Shown piece after piece: positions 53,580 to 64,000 of a stretch of 64,000 bases of DNA. The DNA is from Chiloscyllium plagiosum (Eukaryota): positions 22,879,293 through 22,943,292 of the forward strand of contig NC_057716.1 in assembly GCF_004010195.1 (NCBI RefSeq). The letters are read 5' to 3'. How positions within the stretch are numbered: position 1 is the stretch's first letter; every line of letters starts with the position of its first letter. The notes under the pieces were generated by a model. The model made no database searches, was not told where the DNA came from, and saw only the letters and a program-made list of their open reading frames with translations. Made by a program: the position numbers and the translations under genes.

Positions 53580-54988
53580 GCCTGAATTAGATTCCAACCT
53601 ATAATGCACTCCCAGGCATTTACTGTTGGACATACAGACCACTCCAAACCCTTTGATTATGTTCAAGAGAAGTAATTAACTCCTGCATACCTGTTATAAG
53701 TTGCTAGCTTGCACTTTATTTTTGGGTGTCTATTATTGTACTGATTAATACATCGGTATACCACTCAAACACTCGATTAGATTTCAGCCTCTCACTCCTC
53801 ATATCTTATTATTTTATATATACACCTATATATCTAAACATATACCAACCGAAATTTTGAACAGATTTCAGCCAGTAACTCTTTCTGGGGGTCCATTATT
53901 CCCTATTGAAATAGGGAGAGTATGTCAGGATGCAGAAGGGTAGTATGGTTACTTTTGATGTAAATTTCCTAGCTGTCTTGTGTGCAGGATATTGAGTTAA
54001 CTGCAAAAGTTGCGATACAGGAAAAAGTATAAGTATTTCAGCTAGTGATTTGCCAATGCGAAAAAAAATCTAAAATTTAGATTTAAAAAGGAAAGAAAGA
54101 AACTTATTCTGTGAATTCCATTGTGAAAAACAAAACTCTCAGTGTGCTCTGTGCTTCATTCAGAGAAGAAACTCAATGAGACTCCACATGTCAAGCCAAC
54201 ATAAACCTAGAATGTCAATGTTACATTGCTTAAGACAACATTCAACTTCATTTTAAAAAGCAGGATTCAAAAAAGAAAAAGAAAATGATTCTGTCTGAAC
54301 AAACACCACATGACTGTCAAAATACCTTTTTTGCCTGATTGCATGGGGAAGATTGACACAAAGCCCACACTTGCAGCTGTCAAAAGAATTTCCCCATCCC
54401 CCATATTGAAGCAAGTAAGTTAATTTGCACATTAGTTGAGGGGTTACTGAAGCCTCTTCATTAGAGATTGCAAACAAGAGCAAATAGTCAGTGCACTGGC
54501 CATCGTTATCAGAACTAATTGCCTCAGCTTGGCAAGTGGAGGTAGTCGTGTTCAGATGTCCTCTTGCATTGGCAAATTGGGGCCAAGTCAAACAATATAC
54601 GAGATCACAAGAGTTCTGTTCAATGATCGGATTCAGACACTCGCCTATTTCAGTTCCAACCATGGCACTCCGACAAAGCTGGTCTTTGAAGCATTCCAAG
54701 CTGGAAGCACTCCATATGCAGATAGGGCTGCAGATTGCAGTTAATTAGACCCAGTTCTTAATACTTCCCACGGTGTCGCGAGCATCTTACTCTAATGATC
54801 TTACTTTAGCACGTTTAGGGCCCAGCTAATTGATGTCAAGTGTGCAACTTCTATGTTAATGAAATGGAAAGCATCAAATAAACAGAGAGAGGGGAAAAAA
54901 CAAGAGGCAGGTTACAGAGTTGAAACCATGTTGCTCCATGCCTCCAATTAAAAGGAGCAGTGGGGAGAAAGGGAAAACAGCACCTTAC

Positions 54989-55081
54989 CTGCTTAATTGG
55001 GATTGCTCGGCCACTCCCAATACTGTCTGCTCTGGTGTCAAGATTTTTCTTCTCCTTGTCTAGCTCACTTCCTTTTCGAGA
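54989..55081 (-). CDS. AGAP1: AGAP1 coding exon (93 bp; start of PH domain)
   Basis: ttttctttttctAG|TCTCGAAAA...ATTAAGCAG|GTaaggtg translates SRKGSELDKEKKNLDTRADSIGSGRAIPIKQ, with the AGAP-family motif SIGSGRAIPIKQ. Phase 0/0; the upstream intron is 3197 bp. Confidence 0.97.
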
Positions 55082-55387
55082 CTAGAAAAAGAAAATGACC
55101 ATTGTAAAATAGCAAGGATTAAAAGTTACAAGATACCAAGAAACTTTGTGCACGAACAACTTGATTTAAATACAGTACTGCAAAATGTTAATGGCACTTT
55201 TAGTCCCTCATTACATTACTGAGTCACATAAGTGAGAGACAGAAGATTTACATTATTTGTTTGATGAATATTCGCTTCTTTGTTTTTTTCAGAGAATTAT
55301 TGGAACTGAATTTATTTCACCCTAAGAAGCTGAAGATGAGCAGCCTTTGAACTCTGCAGAGTACCAAATCCAGGGAAAGAGACGTCA

Positions 55388-55492
55388 GAAGCAAAAACAG
55401 AAATTGCTGGTAAAACTCAGCAGGTCAGGCAGCATCTGTGGACAGAAATCAGAGTTAATGTTTTGGGTCCAGTGAGCCTTCTTCAGAACTGA
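55388..55492 (-). mobile_element. PLE pLTR-like module, hammerhead core eroded by CpG decay
   Basis: Minus strand GTT-CTGAAGA-AGGCTCACTGGACCC-AAAA-CATT-AAC; the expected GAAA-CGTT has CG>CA changes. Confidence 0.7.
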
Positions 55493-55679
55493 TTTTTTAA
55501 AAACCAACCATCCTAACTGAGCAGGGAGTGCAATCAGGACCCATTGCAGGGCTTGTGAAGACAGGGCTAAAGGGTCAAGAGCCAGATAGGAAGCCAGAAA
55601 AGATAGGCCTGGAGGAGATGGAGCTGCACAGGGGCCAGGGGAGGTAGGCTGTCTAATCCAAGTTTTGAAACACCAACTT

Positions 55680-55745
55680 TTTCCTATCTACCATCAGTTC
55701 GGAAGAAGAGTCACTGGACATGAAACGCTAACTCTGATTTCTCTC
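55680..55745 (+). mobile_element. 66 bp hammerhead-only PLE fragment, 9 bp TSD
   Basis: GTT-CGGAAGA-AGAGTCACTGGACAT-GAAA-CGCT-AAC. CACCAACTT occurs at 55671-55679 and 55746-55754. Confidence 0.6.
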
Positions 55746-58245
55746 CACCAACTTGAAACCCAGAATACATTTATCTTTTGTCGGCCTGGAGGAGATAGTG
55801 TTGCACAGGGGTCAGTGGAAGTAGGCTGTCTCATCCAAGTTTGAAATCAAGAAAGGAGAAACAAAACTTCCTATGCACTTCAGACAGTTACAGTACAGTT
55901 AATCAGGTGCAAACAGATATTTGAAAAAATCTTAAATAGTCAGTGTTTTAAACATGTTATAATGGTCTCCTGCAATAAGATACACACTTAGTGTCATTTG
56001 TCGAATAGAAGCATCTGACTATGATAAGCAGGACCAGAAAGTGTGGAGGCTACAATAATACATTAGAAATAATTGCTTGTCAACTTATTCTATTCTCTTC
56101 ATTTGATGTAATTTGTGTGATAACCTCAATTTATAACTTCAATCTCTTGTCACTACCATCACCTGTGACAAACTGACAAACAGCAACACATCATTGGTGA
56201 AAATGCTCTTTTCAGACACTTCCAGAGTTCTGAAGGTCACAAACTGAAACTATCATTTGCAGTTTCTGACAGTCCAAATCAACTCAGGATGAAAATGCAC
56301 ACTTCACTATCACTGTGCACTAAAATCTTCCCGAGCAGGGCACAGTACAGCATGCCAACTCTCATCATTATATTTTATCTCTTGGTCTTCTGAGGTCTTT
56401 TCCTCAATCTCTTTACTATCTTTCAGCTGAACTCTTTCCCCCAGTGACAGTATATTGTACAAATAGCTTCAGCATTCCTTTGGCTAAATAAATGCATCTT
56501 ACAGCAAACAGCAACATGCATGTACATTTCCAAAGACCACTCAGGGCCACAGAGGAGGAAAAATAAACTCATAGTTCCAGATCTGCTTCAAAATTAGGAA
56601 TGTGTTTTTAATTTAAACTTTTTTTTTAGCTGGAGTGGGTGGGTAGTAGTATCAAGATTTAATTTGTCCTTGAATGTAATTACATCTCAGCATAACTCAC
56701 GCTGTGAATCACCACTTGTCATGTTTTAAATATAGCAAGAGTTTAAAAATATTGTGATGGACAGGAAACCAAAAATGCATGCTTGACTGCTTGAATTTCA
56801 CTTTTCAAATAACATTTAAACAATATTTATGTATTTGTATTTTTCGACAATTCATTCTTTTAGAGACATTTTGCTATTTTCAGGGCTCAGTATCTTTGAT
56901 CTGTCATTAGGATGTAGAGCAAATGTTAATTAAAATGTGGGATGGTGTTGGAGGGAATGTGAACCATTGCTGAATTATAGCTAAGCGAGGGCATCTAGTG
57001 GCAGAAATCCAGTTCTGCAGCAGTTTTCAAAATCACTTTGGGGGTTGCAAATGTGAAATAAAAATAGCAAATTCTGCAAACATTTTGCAGTTCAAGAGAG
57101 GAGAGAGGATAAGGTGATTTCAGCTAAGTGACTCTATATTTTAATGGAGATTTAAAATTTTTAATGCACAGTCAAAAATCAGAATGCAACTTCTGCCAAA
57201 GTTAGTCATATATTTTGCAAGGGCCTTACGTGAGTGAAATGATTGTATATCAGGACCATTCACATAACCCCAACCTTTATTATCCCACTGATTCATGGGT
57301 GCAGGTCCACAAATAGTAGCAGGTCTTCAGTACATTCCTCAAGTGACCCTTCTTTATATGTTCACTGAGTCAATAAGTGTCAAGTAATTTTGCCTTGAAG
57401 GCATTATGAGCAAGCTGCACAGCAATCAATAACTAGAAGTGTACAATTTCCAGTATGGAGTATCTGAGCAGCAAAGACAAGCGATAGCTTTGGAAGCATG
57501 CTTACAAATTGTGTGAAAGTACCTATTTCAAAGCAATAAGGCAGATGGATTTGATAGCACATATCTCACTATCATTGCTACTTATTGGGGTAAAGGACAT
57601 GCTTATCTCTGTACTGGAAATAAAAATAATTAAGAGCCAAGGAACAAACTAGGAAAGTAATATCACCAGCTATTTCATCTTCTTAATACCCACACCTGCT
57701 CAAGGAACAGATGAGGAGGGTAGGCCACTTAGTCCATCAAGGCTAACATTCTACTCAATACAATTTGTGGCTGACCGAACACTTCAATGCCTTTTACCAA
57801 CCCCAACTCTGTACATCATTAATAATCAGAAATCAATCTCTACTGTAAACATACTCCAAACCCGAGCATCCACAGCCCATAAGGTTCACAACCCTTTGAA
57901 TAAAATAATCACTCTTCATTTCAGACCCAATTGGCATTCCCCCTTATTATTAAATTGGGCCCGCTGATTCCAATCAGCAGAAACATCTTAGCTGTCTATA
58001 TCTTGGAAGTATTTTGTAAGTTTCAGTGAGATCACATTTCATTTCTCAAAACTCTAAAGAATACAGGCCCAGTTTGCCCGACCTCTCTTCATAAGACAGT
58101 CCCACTAGACTGGGAACAAGTAAGCCGACCTAAATTGCACAAGGTATTGCAGTGGTCTAACCAATCTCGTACATAAGTGTCATTTGGTTATCCAGATGCT
58201 GTTTCAGCTAATCAGTGTCCATTATTTATATAGGTACATCGATTA

Positions 58246-58434
<189 letters not shown>

Positions 58435-58851
58435 CTACAAAGCAGAGAAGAAAGCAATTAAAGATAGGAAGAAAACTGCCCTGTGTCATTTAAGACATAT
58501 GCAAGTTATACTCTGGTCAGCTGTGGCCATCTAGCCTCAGGGATGTTGTGGGTTACTGTCCCACTTCAGAGACGTGGGCACATAATTGGGGGCCAGTCTT
58601 CCAGTGCAGTACTGAGAAACCGAAGGAAATGCTGGCTTTCAGATAAGGCGTGTACTCAGGTGGGGTCTTGCTGTGCATCATTTCAGAATGGTTACACTTC
58701 AGTAAGCATACTTACACATTAAGAAACAACAACAAAAAGTTATGGAAATATTCAGGAAAGAGACAGACAGCACTGGGGAAAGAAAGAGAGACTTGATGCA
58801 TCTGGCAAGATGACCTTTCATCATAATTTTCATCAGAACAGCAAACAGATA

Positions 58852-58978
58852 ATGAAGGGCTTTTGTCCGAAACGTCGATTTTTCTGCTCCTCGGATGCTG
58901 TCTGACCTGCTGTGCTTTTCCAGCACCACTCTAATCTAGACTCTGGTTTCCAGCATCTGCAGACCCTCACTTTTGCCT
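58852..58978 (+). mobile_element. PLE pLTR-like module truncated inside the hammerhead core
   Basis: ATGAAGGGCTTTTGTCCGAAACGTCGAT...GGATGCTGTCTGACCTGCTGTGCTTTTCCAGC...CCTCACTTTT. Confidence 0.75.
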
Positions 58979-59421
58979 AAATGGCTTGGCAAATCAGCTC
59001 TCCCTCCCCTTAGGCAATGAACTCACCTGCCACATCTTTACTGGCACATCAAAACAGCACAAGGGGAACAGCACTGGGATCAAATCTTGAACCTTGTTTG
59101 CCTCTTGTACTTTTGTAACTCTCCTTAAATCTGTACCCTCTTGTTATCAATATGTTAGTCATTGGGACCAACTTTGTTATATTTGGGAACCCTGTTAAAC
59201 CCTGGGTAAGGTGTAGCTTTCTACTGAACTATTCTGGACAGCACAGCTAAAGTATAATACATTTTCCAGTATGATTCCACTCATATGTGTTTAACTTCTA
59301 GGAAGGAAGCTGCTCTAGATAAAATGGGAAGCCTGTCATTGCCCTGCAGTGCATGACAGTTTCATTCGATATGTTTCCCAGACTCATTCTGCTTTTTCTA
59401 AATCTTCCCTCAATCATTTAC

Positions 59422-59549
59422 CTGGCTGATGTGGACAGCAGAGACTTGAGCAGAGCACACTGACGAGTGGCTTGGAGAATTGGGCAGCGACTTGCATGGT
59501 CCAATGGAGAGCTGCTGCTTCTTTCGGGTGGCCACTATCTTTTGGGCAA
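59422..59549 (-). CDS. AGAP1: AGAP1 coding exon (128 bp; end of GTPase-like domain and linker; likely orthologue of human exon 7)
   Basis: Minus strand reads tgttttaacAG|TTGCCCAAAAG...ATCAGCCAG|GTaaatga. It translates (V)AQKIVATRKKQQLSIGPCKSLPNSPSHSSVCSAQVSAVHISQ, which I recognise as AGAP1 rather than AGAP3. Phase 1 start, phase 0 end. Confidence 0.96.
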
Positions 59550-59599
59550 CTGTTAAAACAAGGGAGAAGAATTCGGGTTAAGCTGCATCACTTCAGTCG

Positions 59600-59980
59600 T
59601 CTTGATCCTTTCTATCCAAAGACTTGAGCAGACAGTCCTAGTGCTGTACTGAGGGAGTGCTGTACTACCAGAGGTGCCATCAGCCAGATGAGACATGAAA
59701 CAAAGGCCCTTTCTGCTCAACCTAGTCGAAGTTTGAAGATCCTGTGGCACTATTTTGAAAGGCAGAGCAGTTACACCACCAAGTTCAGTACCTCATCGAT
59801 TATTATCCTTCAAATATCACCAAAATATCTGACTATTTTCATGTTGCTGTTTGTGAGACCTTGCTAGGCACAAGTTTACTGCCACATTTCATCCAACAGT
59901 CACTATACTTCAAGATCACTACTGACTCTGAAGTGTTGTGAAGCGTTATGTGTCATTAAAGCAGAAATGTAAGTCTGTCT
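59600..59980 (+). mobile_element. Deu-domain SINE immediately upstream of the 128 bp exon acceptor
   Basis: GTACTGAGGGAGTGCTG..CAGAGGTGCC...GATGAGAC...GATCCTGTGGCACTATTTTGAA. Confidence 0.7.
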
Positions 59981-62707
59981 TCCATTGGTGGAATTTTCCA
60001 TCAGTGACAGACTGCAAAAGCAACCATGCTATTCCCCTGCCTGCCTCTCTATTCTCCCCACTACCAAATACTCCTGAGGAAGGTGTAATTAACGTAAAGC
60101 ACAACTCAAGAAAGTAAAGCTAGGATTCAAACATAAACTGATGCTTTGTCTTACTTGGGTCAGATTTGAAACGAAAAAAAAAACACAAGAATATTGAAAC
60201 AAGAATATTCCTCTTCATGCCTCCCCACCCAGTGATGCCTCCTGAAAATGTGAATGTTTAACTCAATCTAGGGATGTGAATGTCACATGGCAAGGCTGGC
60301 ATTTAGTGCCCACCCCTAACTGGTCTTTGAGTTGTCGTAGAGATTTACTTTGACATAAACTGCCATAAGTGGATGAAGGATGTGGATAAAGATTTGGGGC
60401 ATACTGCCATCTTCTAAACATACACTTGTCCAAGTCTATTGTGGATCTCCAAAGACAACATCAGTATTGAATCCTTAATCAATAAAGTCGTCTTTTTTCG
60501 GTCTAAAATGATGAAACACCTCTAACCCTACAAACCAATGTTTCCACTAAATTCTGCATTCTTCATCAAGGGTGGTACAAAACATTTTAAAGGTCTGCAC
60601 ACCTAAATAAATTGTCCTTGTACTACAAGAAAAATACAAGAATGGTATCTACAAAGCTCCCTGATCTCAACTTTCTTTCAACATTGGGGATGTGCAAGAG
60701 CCAATTTTGATTGCTCCACCATTGGCAATTGTGACTTTGGATTTCTATACTCTACATTCTAGAATCTCCTCTGCACACTGCCTTATCTCTCTTTCGCTCC
60801 TGACCTCCTCATCCAATTTTTTGGTCACCTCTCCTAATTATCTTGACATGGCTGCGTGCTAGATTTTTGTACAGTGTCACTCCAGTGGATCATCTTGGGA
60901 AGCTTTATTGTGGTGATACTAAATGAATACAAGTTGCTGTTGCTGAGTAGTTTTGGCCCCTCATGACGATGATAGAATCACTGTTCCAATTACAAATATT
61001 CACAATTCATGTTCCATTCTTACATTTGGCGAGCAACAGTTCTCATATTGTCCCAATACTAATTTTGACCTGTTCACTACAACAATTCAGGCACATGTAA
61101 GATGATTTCCTTTTTAATATCTCACTGTTTTATTGAAAGAGCTTAATCCCTGTTTGCAGCCCCAACAGTAAAACCGTAGCCACAGATTAGACGCATATGA
61201 AAACTGCAAGACCCACCCATGCCCTATCGCTCTATGTTGCAGATTCCTCATGCACCATCTAGCTATAGCTCCAGTATGCTACCAACAATTAAAGGCAGCA
61301 TTTGTTCCAACACTTGGAATCTGTAAATCACTGTGGTTCATTGTGGAGCTCATTAACATTTGCAGCATTGCTTCTATCAGCATCTGCTTAAGCAGTAGAT
61401 TAATAGAATTGAGAAGCCAAGTTTGCTTTTCTTTCAAATCAACCTTTGCCACAGTCAACCACCATTCTCAAATAAATTAAAAGATATATACTGAAAGGGT
61501 TTACTTTGCACCGAGAAGGACAAACAGAAAAAAAGAGAAAGAAACAGTCGGGAAAATCTGCAGGGACAGGGTAGTCGGAAACTGGAACATACTGGAAGAA
61601 AGCAAAGAGAAACTAGGAGAGAGATTGGGGAGAAATTGGTAGAAGAAGGGGAAAATCTATCAGACAATCAGAAGGAACTGTCAGCTGGGCGAAATTAATG
61701 TTTAAAGTTTCAAGCTGAGTTGTCAGGTGCCCTACACTTTAGAATTACCTTGCCAAGCTTTGACTGGGTGCATTATCGGATAAGCTGAGCAATGAAGAGG
61801 TACTGCAGTAGCCTATCTTATTTAAGGACATAGATATACCTCAGTTTTCATGAAAACTAAACACTAAAAGTTTAAATTTAAACATGCTCGTGCTTTTCCA
61901 AGTTTACCATGACAGAGCTGTGCAAATCAATTAGTCACACCACCATTCAGACCATTGATTGGAGCTCAATTCACAGGCAATTTAAATAATTCAACAGACA
62001 ATCTCAATATTGTTGTCACTGTAGAATCATTTGTTTATTGATAAAATAAGGTTCACAAGAGAACATTAAAAGAAAACTCGTTACAAAAGGGAATTGACAC
62101 CAGGCACTGACAGAAAAGAAAATGTTTGCTGCTTCTGTTTTTCCCACAGTTGATATTACTGACACTTGAGGTTGAAATTTCAGGTCAAACGGAATGAAAG
62201 TATCAGTATTAGCCAACATGCCAGTTTCCCAACGCAGTGCCCATTACCATTGAGCCCATTACCATTGGGGAGTGAGGGCAACAGCACACTTTTGCTCAAC
62301 CCATTACCATGGCTATTAAGACCACTGAAGAGCTCATTGAGGGCACATTCTGATTTTGAGAGAAGTGTACAAATAGCCAAATGAGACATATAGGCAGTGG
62401 AGAGCCAGTCATGACAATCCAGGGATACCAGTGGACCTCACAAAAGGGCGAAAAGTAGAATGGTGAGATGAAGGTTTGTTATTCACACACAGGAATCAGG
62501 CCAGTGCACACTGTGGGGAGTTTTGTTAGCAAGCACTTTAGCAGTGTGGGAAAGTTGCCACCCAGCTGGCATCAATGAGCAAAAGGAAGTTGGGGAGGTG
62601 GGGAAGAGGGATCAAGGATTTCAAATATAACGGAAGGTAAATTAGGAGAGCACCTGAAAATAGGTAATGGAGTCAGGCCTATGCCTTTCCAAGTGCAAAT
62701 AACACAA

Positions 62708-62785
62708 AGTTAAAAATCACACTACACCTGGATATAGTCCAACAGGTTTATTTGGAAGTACTAGTTTTCAGAGTGTTGCTCCTTC
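62708..62785 (-). mobile_element. PLE pLTR-like fragment (further family)
   Basis: Minus strand TGAAGGAGCAACACTCTGAAAACTAG...AATAAACCTGTTGGACTATA...GTGATTTTTAAC, flanked by AATAACACAA and AATAATGCAA. Confidence 0.55.
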
Positions 62786-64000
62786 AATAATGCAACAAAA
62801 TGATAGCCCCAGTAACAATTGCTGTGATCCGCTTACATCGCTTGCACAATCCCATCTTCATGCCATCAAATGGATATTACACCTATATTCGTGCCTATTA
62901 AGTGGGTTCTAGCATAAAACTCAGGGTTGGTATTCCTACTGCAGAGGTGGATGCGGGACCCAGAAATAGTCCCTGTTTCAGTCCTTGATTTCCCATTACA
63001 TTTAATTAACAAAACCTTTCCCAATCTCACTTTATTGACACAACTTATGCAGTTATTGTCATCAGAACTGGGTAGATTCTGATAGAAAGCCTGATGTTTG
63101 TTGTGCATTTCATGCAAATTCAATCAAGTTTCCTTGGTTTTTATTCAACTGGAGTAACTTTCCAAGACTTTGCACTTGTTATAATTTTCTCAAGGTGCCT
63201 TCCATAGTCTGGATTTGCAATTACCAGTGACAGCTTTACCTCGCAAGAGTGTTAGACCATGAGACAATATGAAATAAGAACAGAAGCTAGCCATTCAGCC
63301 TGCTCCACCATTCCATAGTATTGTGGGTTAACCCGAGATTCTTCATGTCCACTCTCCTGCATTTTACCCATAACCATTGATTCTCCTATTGATCAAGAAT
63401 TTATCTCAGCTTTATATATATATAAAAATTGTCTCTGCCTCCTTAACTTTTTGTGGTAAGTGGTTCCAAAGACTCAACCCTCAGAGAAGACATTCCTCCT
63501 CATCGCAGTCTTAAATTGGTGTCCCTTAATTCTGAGATACCCTTCAGTCCTAGGATCATTAAGTGCTATGTTTTTAGGAAGGATTCAATGTGAGGACTAG
63601 ACTCATTTACTGTATTAATGTTTCATCCTGGCTCGATACTGCAACTGTCTTCATTGAGCTGGCCCTGTCCACTGCCACATAACCTCAGTCAGATGGACTG
63701 GGAATTCTATGTGCTTATCTGTGAATATTGCGGTGCCTTCATTTATTTTAGCAGTCCTGTCTTTAGCAGGAATGCTTTAAAAAGTTTGGGCTTACTGAAA
63801 TTCTAGCTCCCTTCCCGCATTAAATGGCAAAGAAATACAATTTATTCACTAAAGGTGCGTCTGCCAGACATGGTGATGTGTGGTGCAGTTTCAATACAAT
63901 ATGTTAGACACATGCATACCTATGCTCTCCCATTTACATTAAAATATCACCCAAGGTAAGAGGAGAGCAGGTACCATCTCTGACAGCTCGGGCAAATATT

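Larger units (their letters stand above)
12114..54988 (-). other. AGAP1: 42.9 kb AGAP1 intron (GT-AG, phase 0)
   Basis: Bounded by the donor at 54988 and the acceptor at 12114. No further AGAP1-like coding sequence was recognised inside. Positions 1-12008 and 59550-64000 are also intronic; the flanking exons were not found in the window. Confidence 0.9.

Noticed and set aside
62180-62389. NGNG-repeat ORF as an upstream AGAP1 exon
   Set aside because: No similarity to the expected GTPase-domain exon (...YYETCATYGLNVERVF...); the pattern comes from the CCCATTACCAT repeat.

Overview
This is vertebrate genomic DNA, not prokaryotic. The repeat families suggest a cartilaginous fish, probably a shark (inference). 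The whole window lies inside one minus-strand gene, AGAP1 (centaurin-gamma2). Four consecutive GT-AG coding exons (59422-59549, 58279-58434, 54989-55081, 12009-12113) splice in frame into the end of the GTPase-like domain, the linker and the start of the PH domain. None of these reading frames is in the supplied ORF track, which is almost entirely noise or retroelement debris. The rest is intron: CR1-type LINEs (nested three deep), V-SINEs, Deu-domain SINEs, Penelope-like element (PLE) fragments of two clades, and repeat-free blocks that look like conserved enhancers of the AGAP1/GBX2 locus. The most notable unannotated signal is a set of small PLE-derived modules with minimal hammerhead-ribozyme motifs in several sequence families. 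Many have 9-16 bp target-site duplications. Three independent insertions are self-complementary fold-backs, which suggests a non-autonomous retrozyme-like system copied from multimeric or circular RNA (hypothesis). Repeat family names come from motif recognition, not database searches, and repeat boundaries are approximate.
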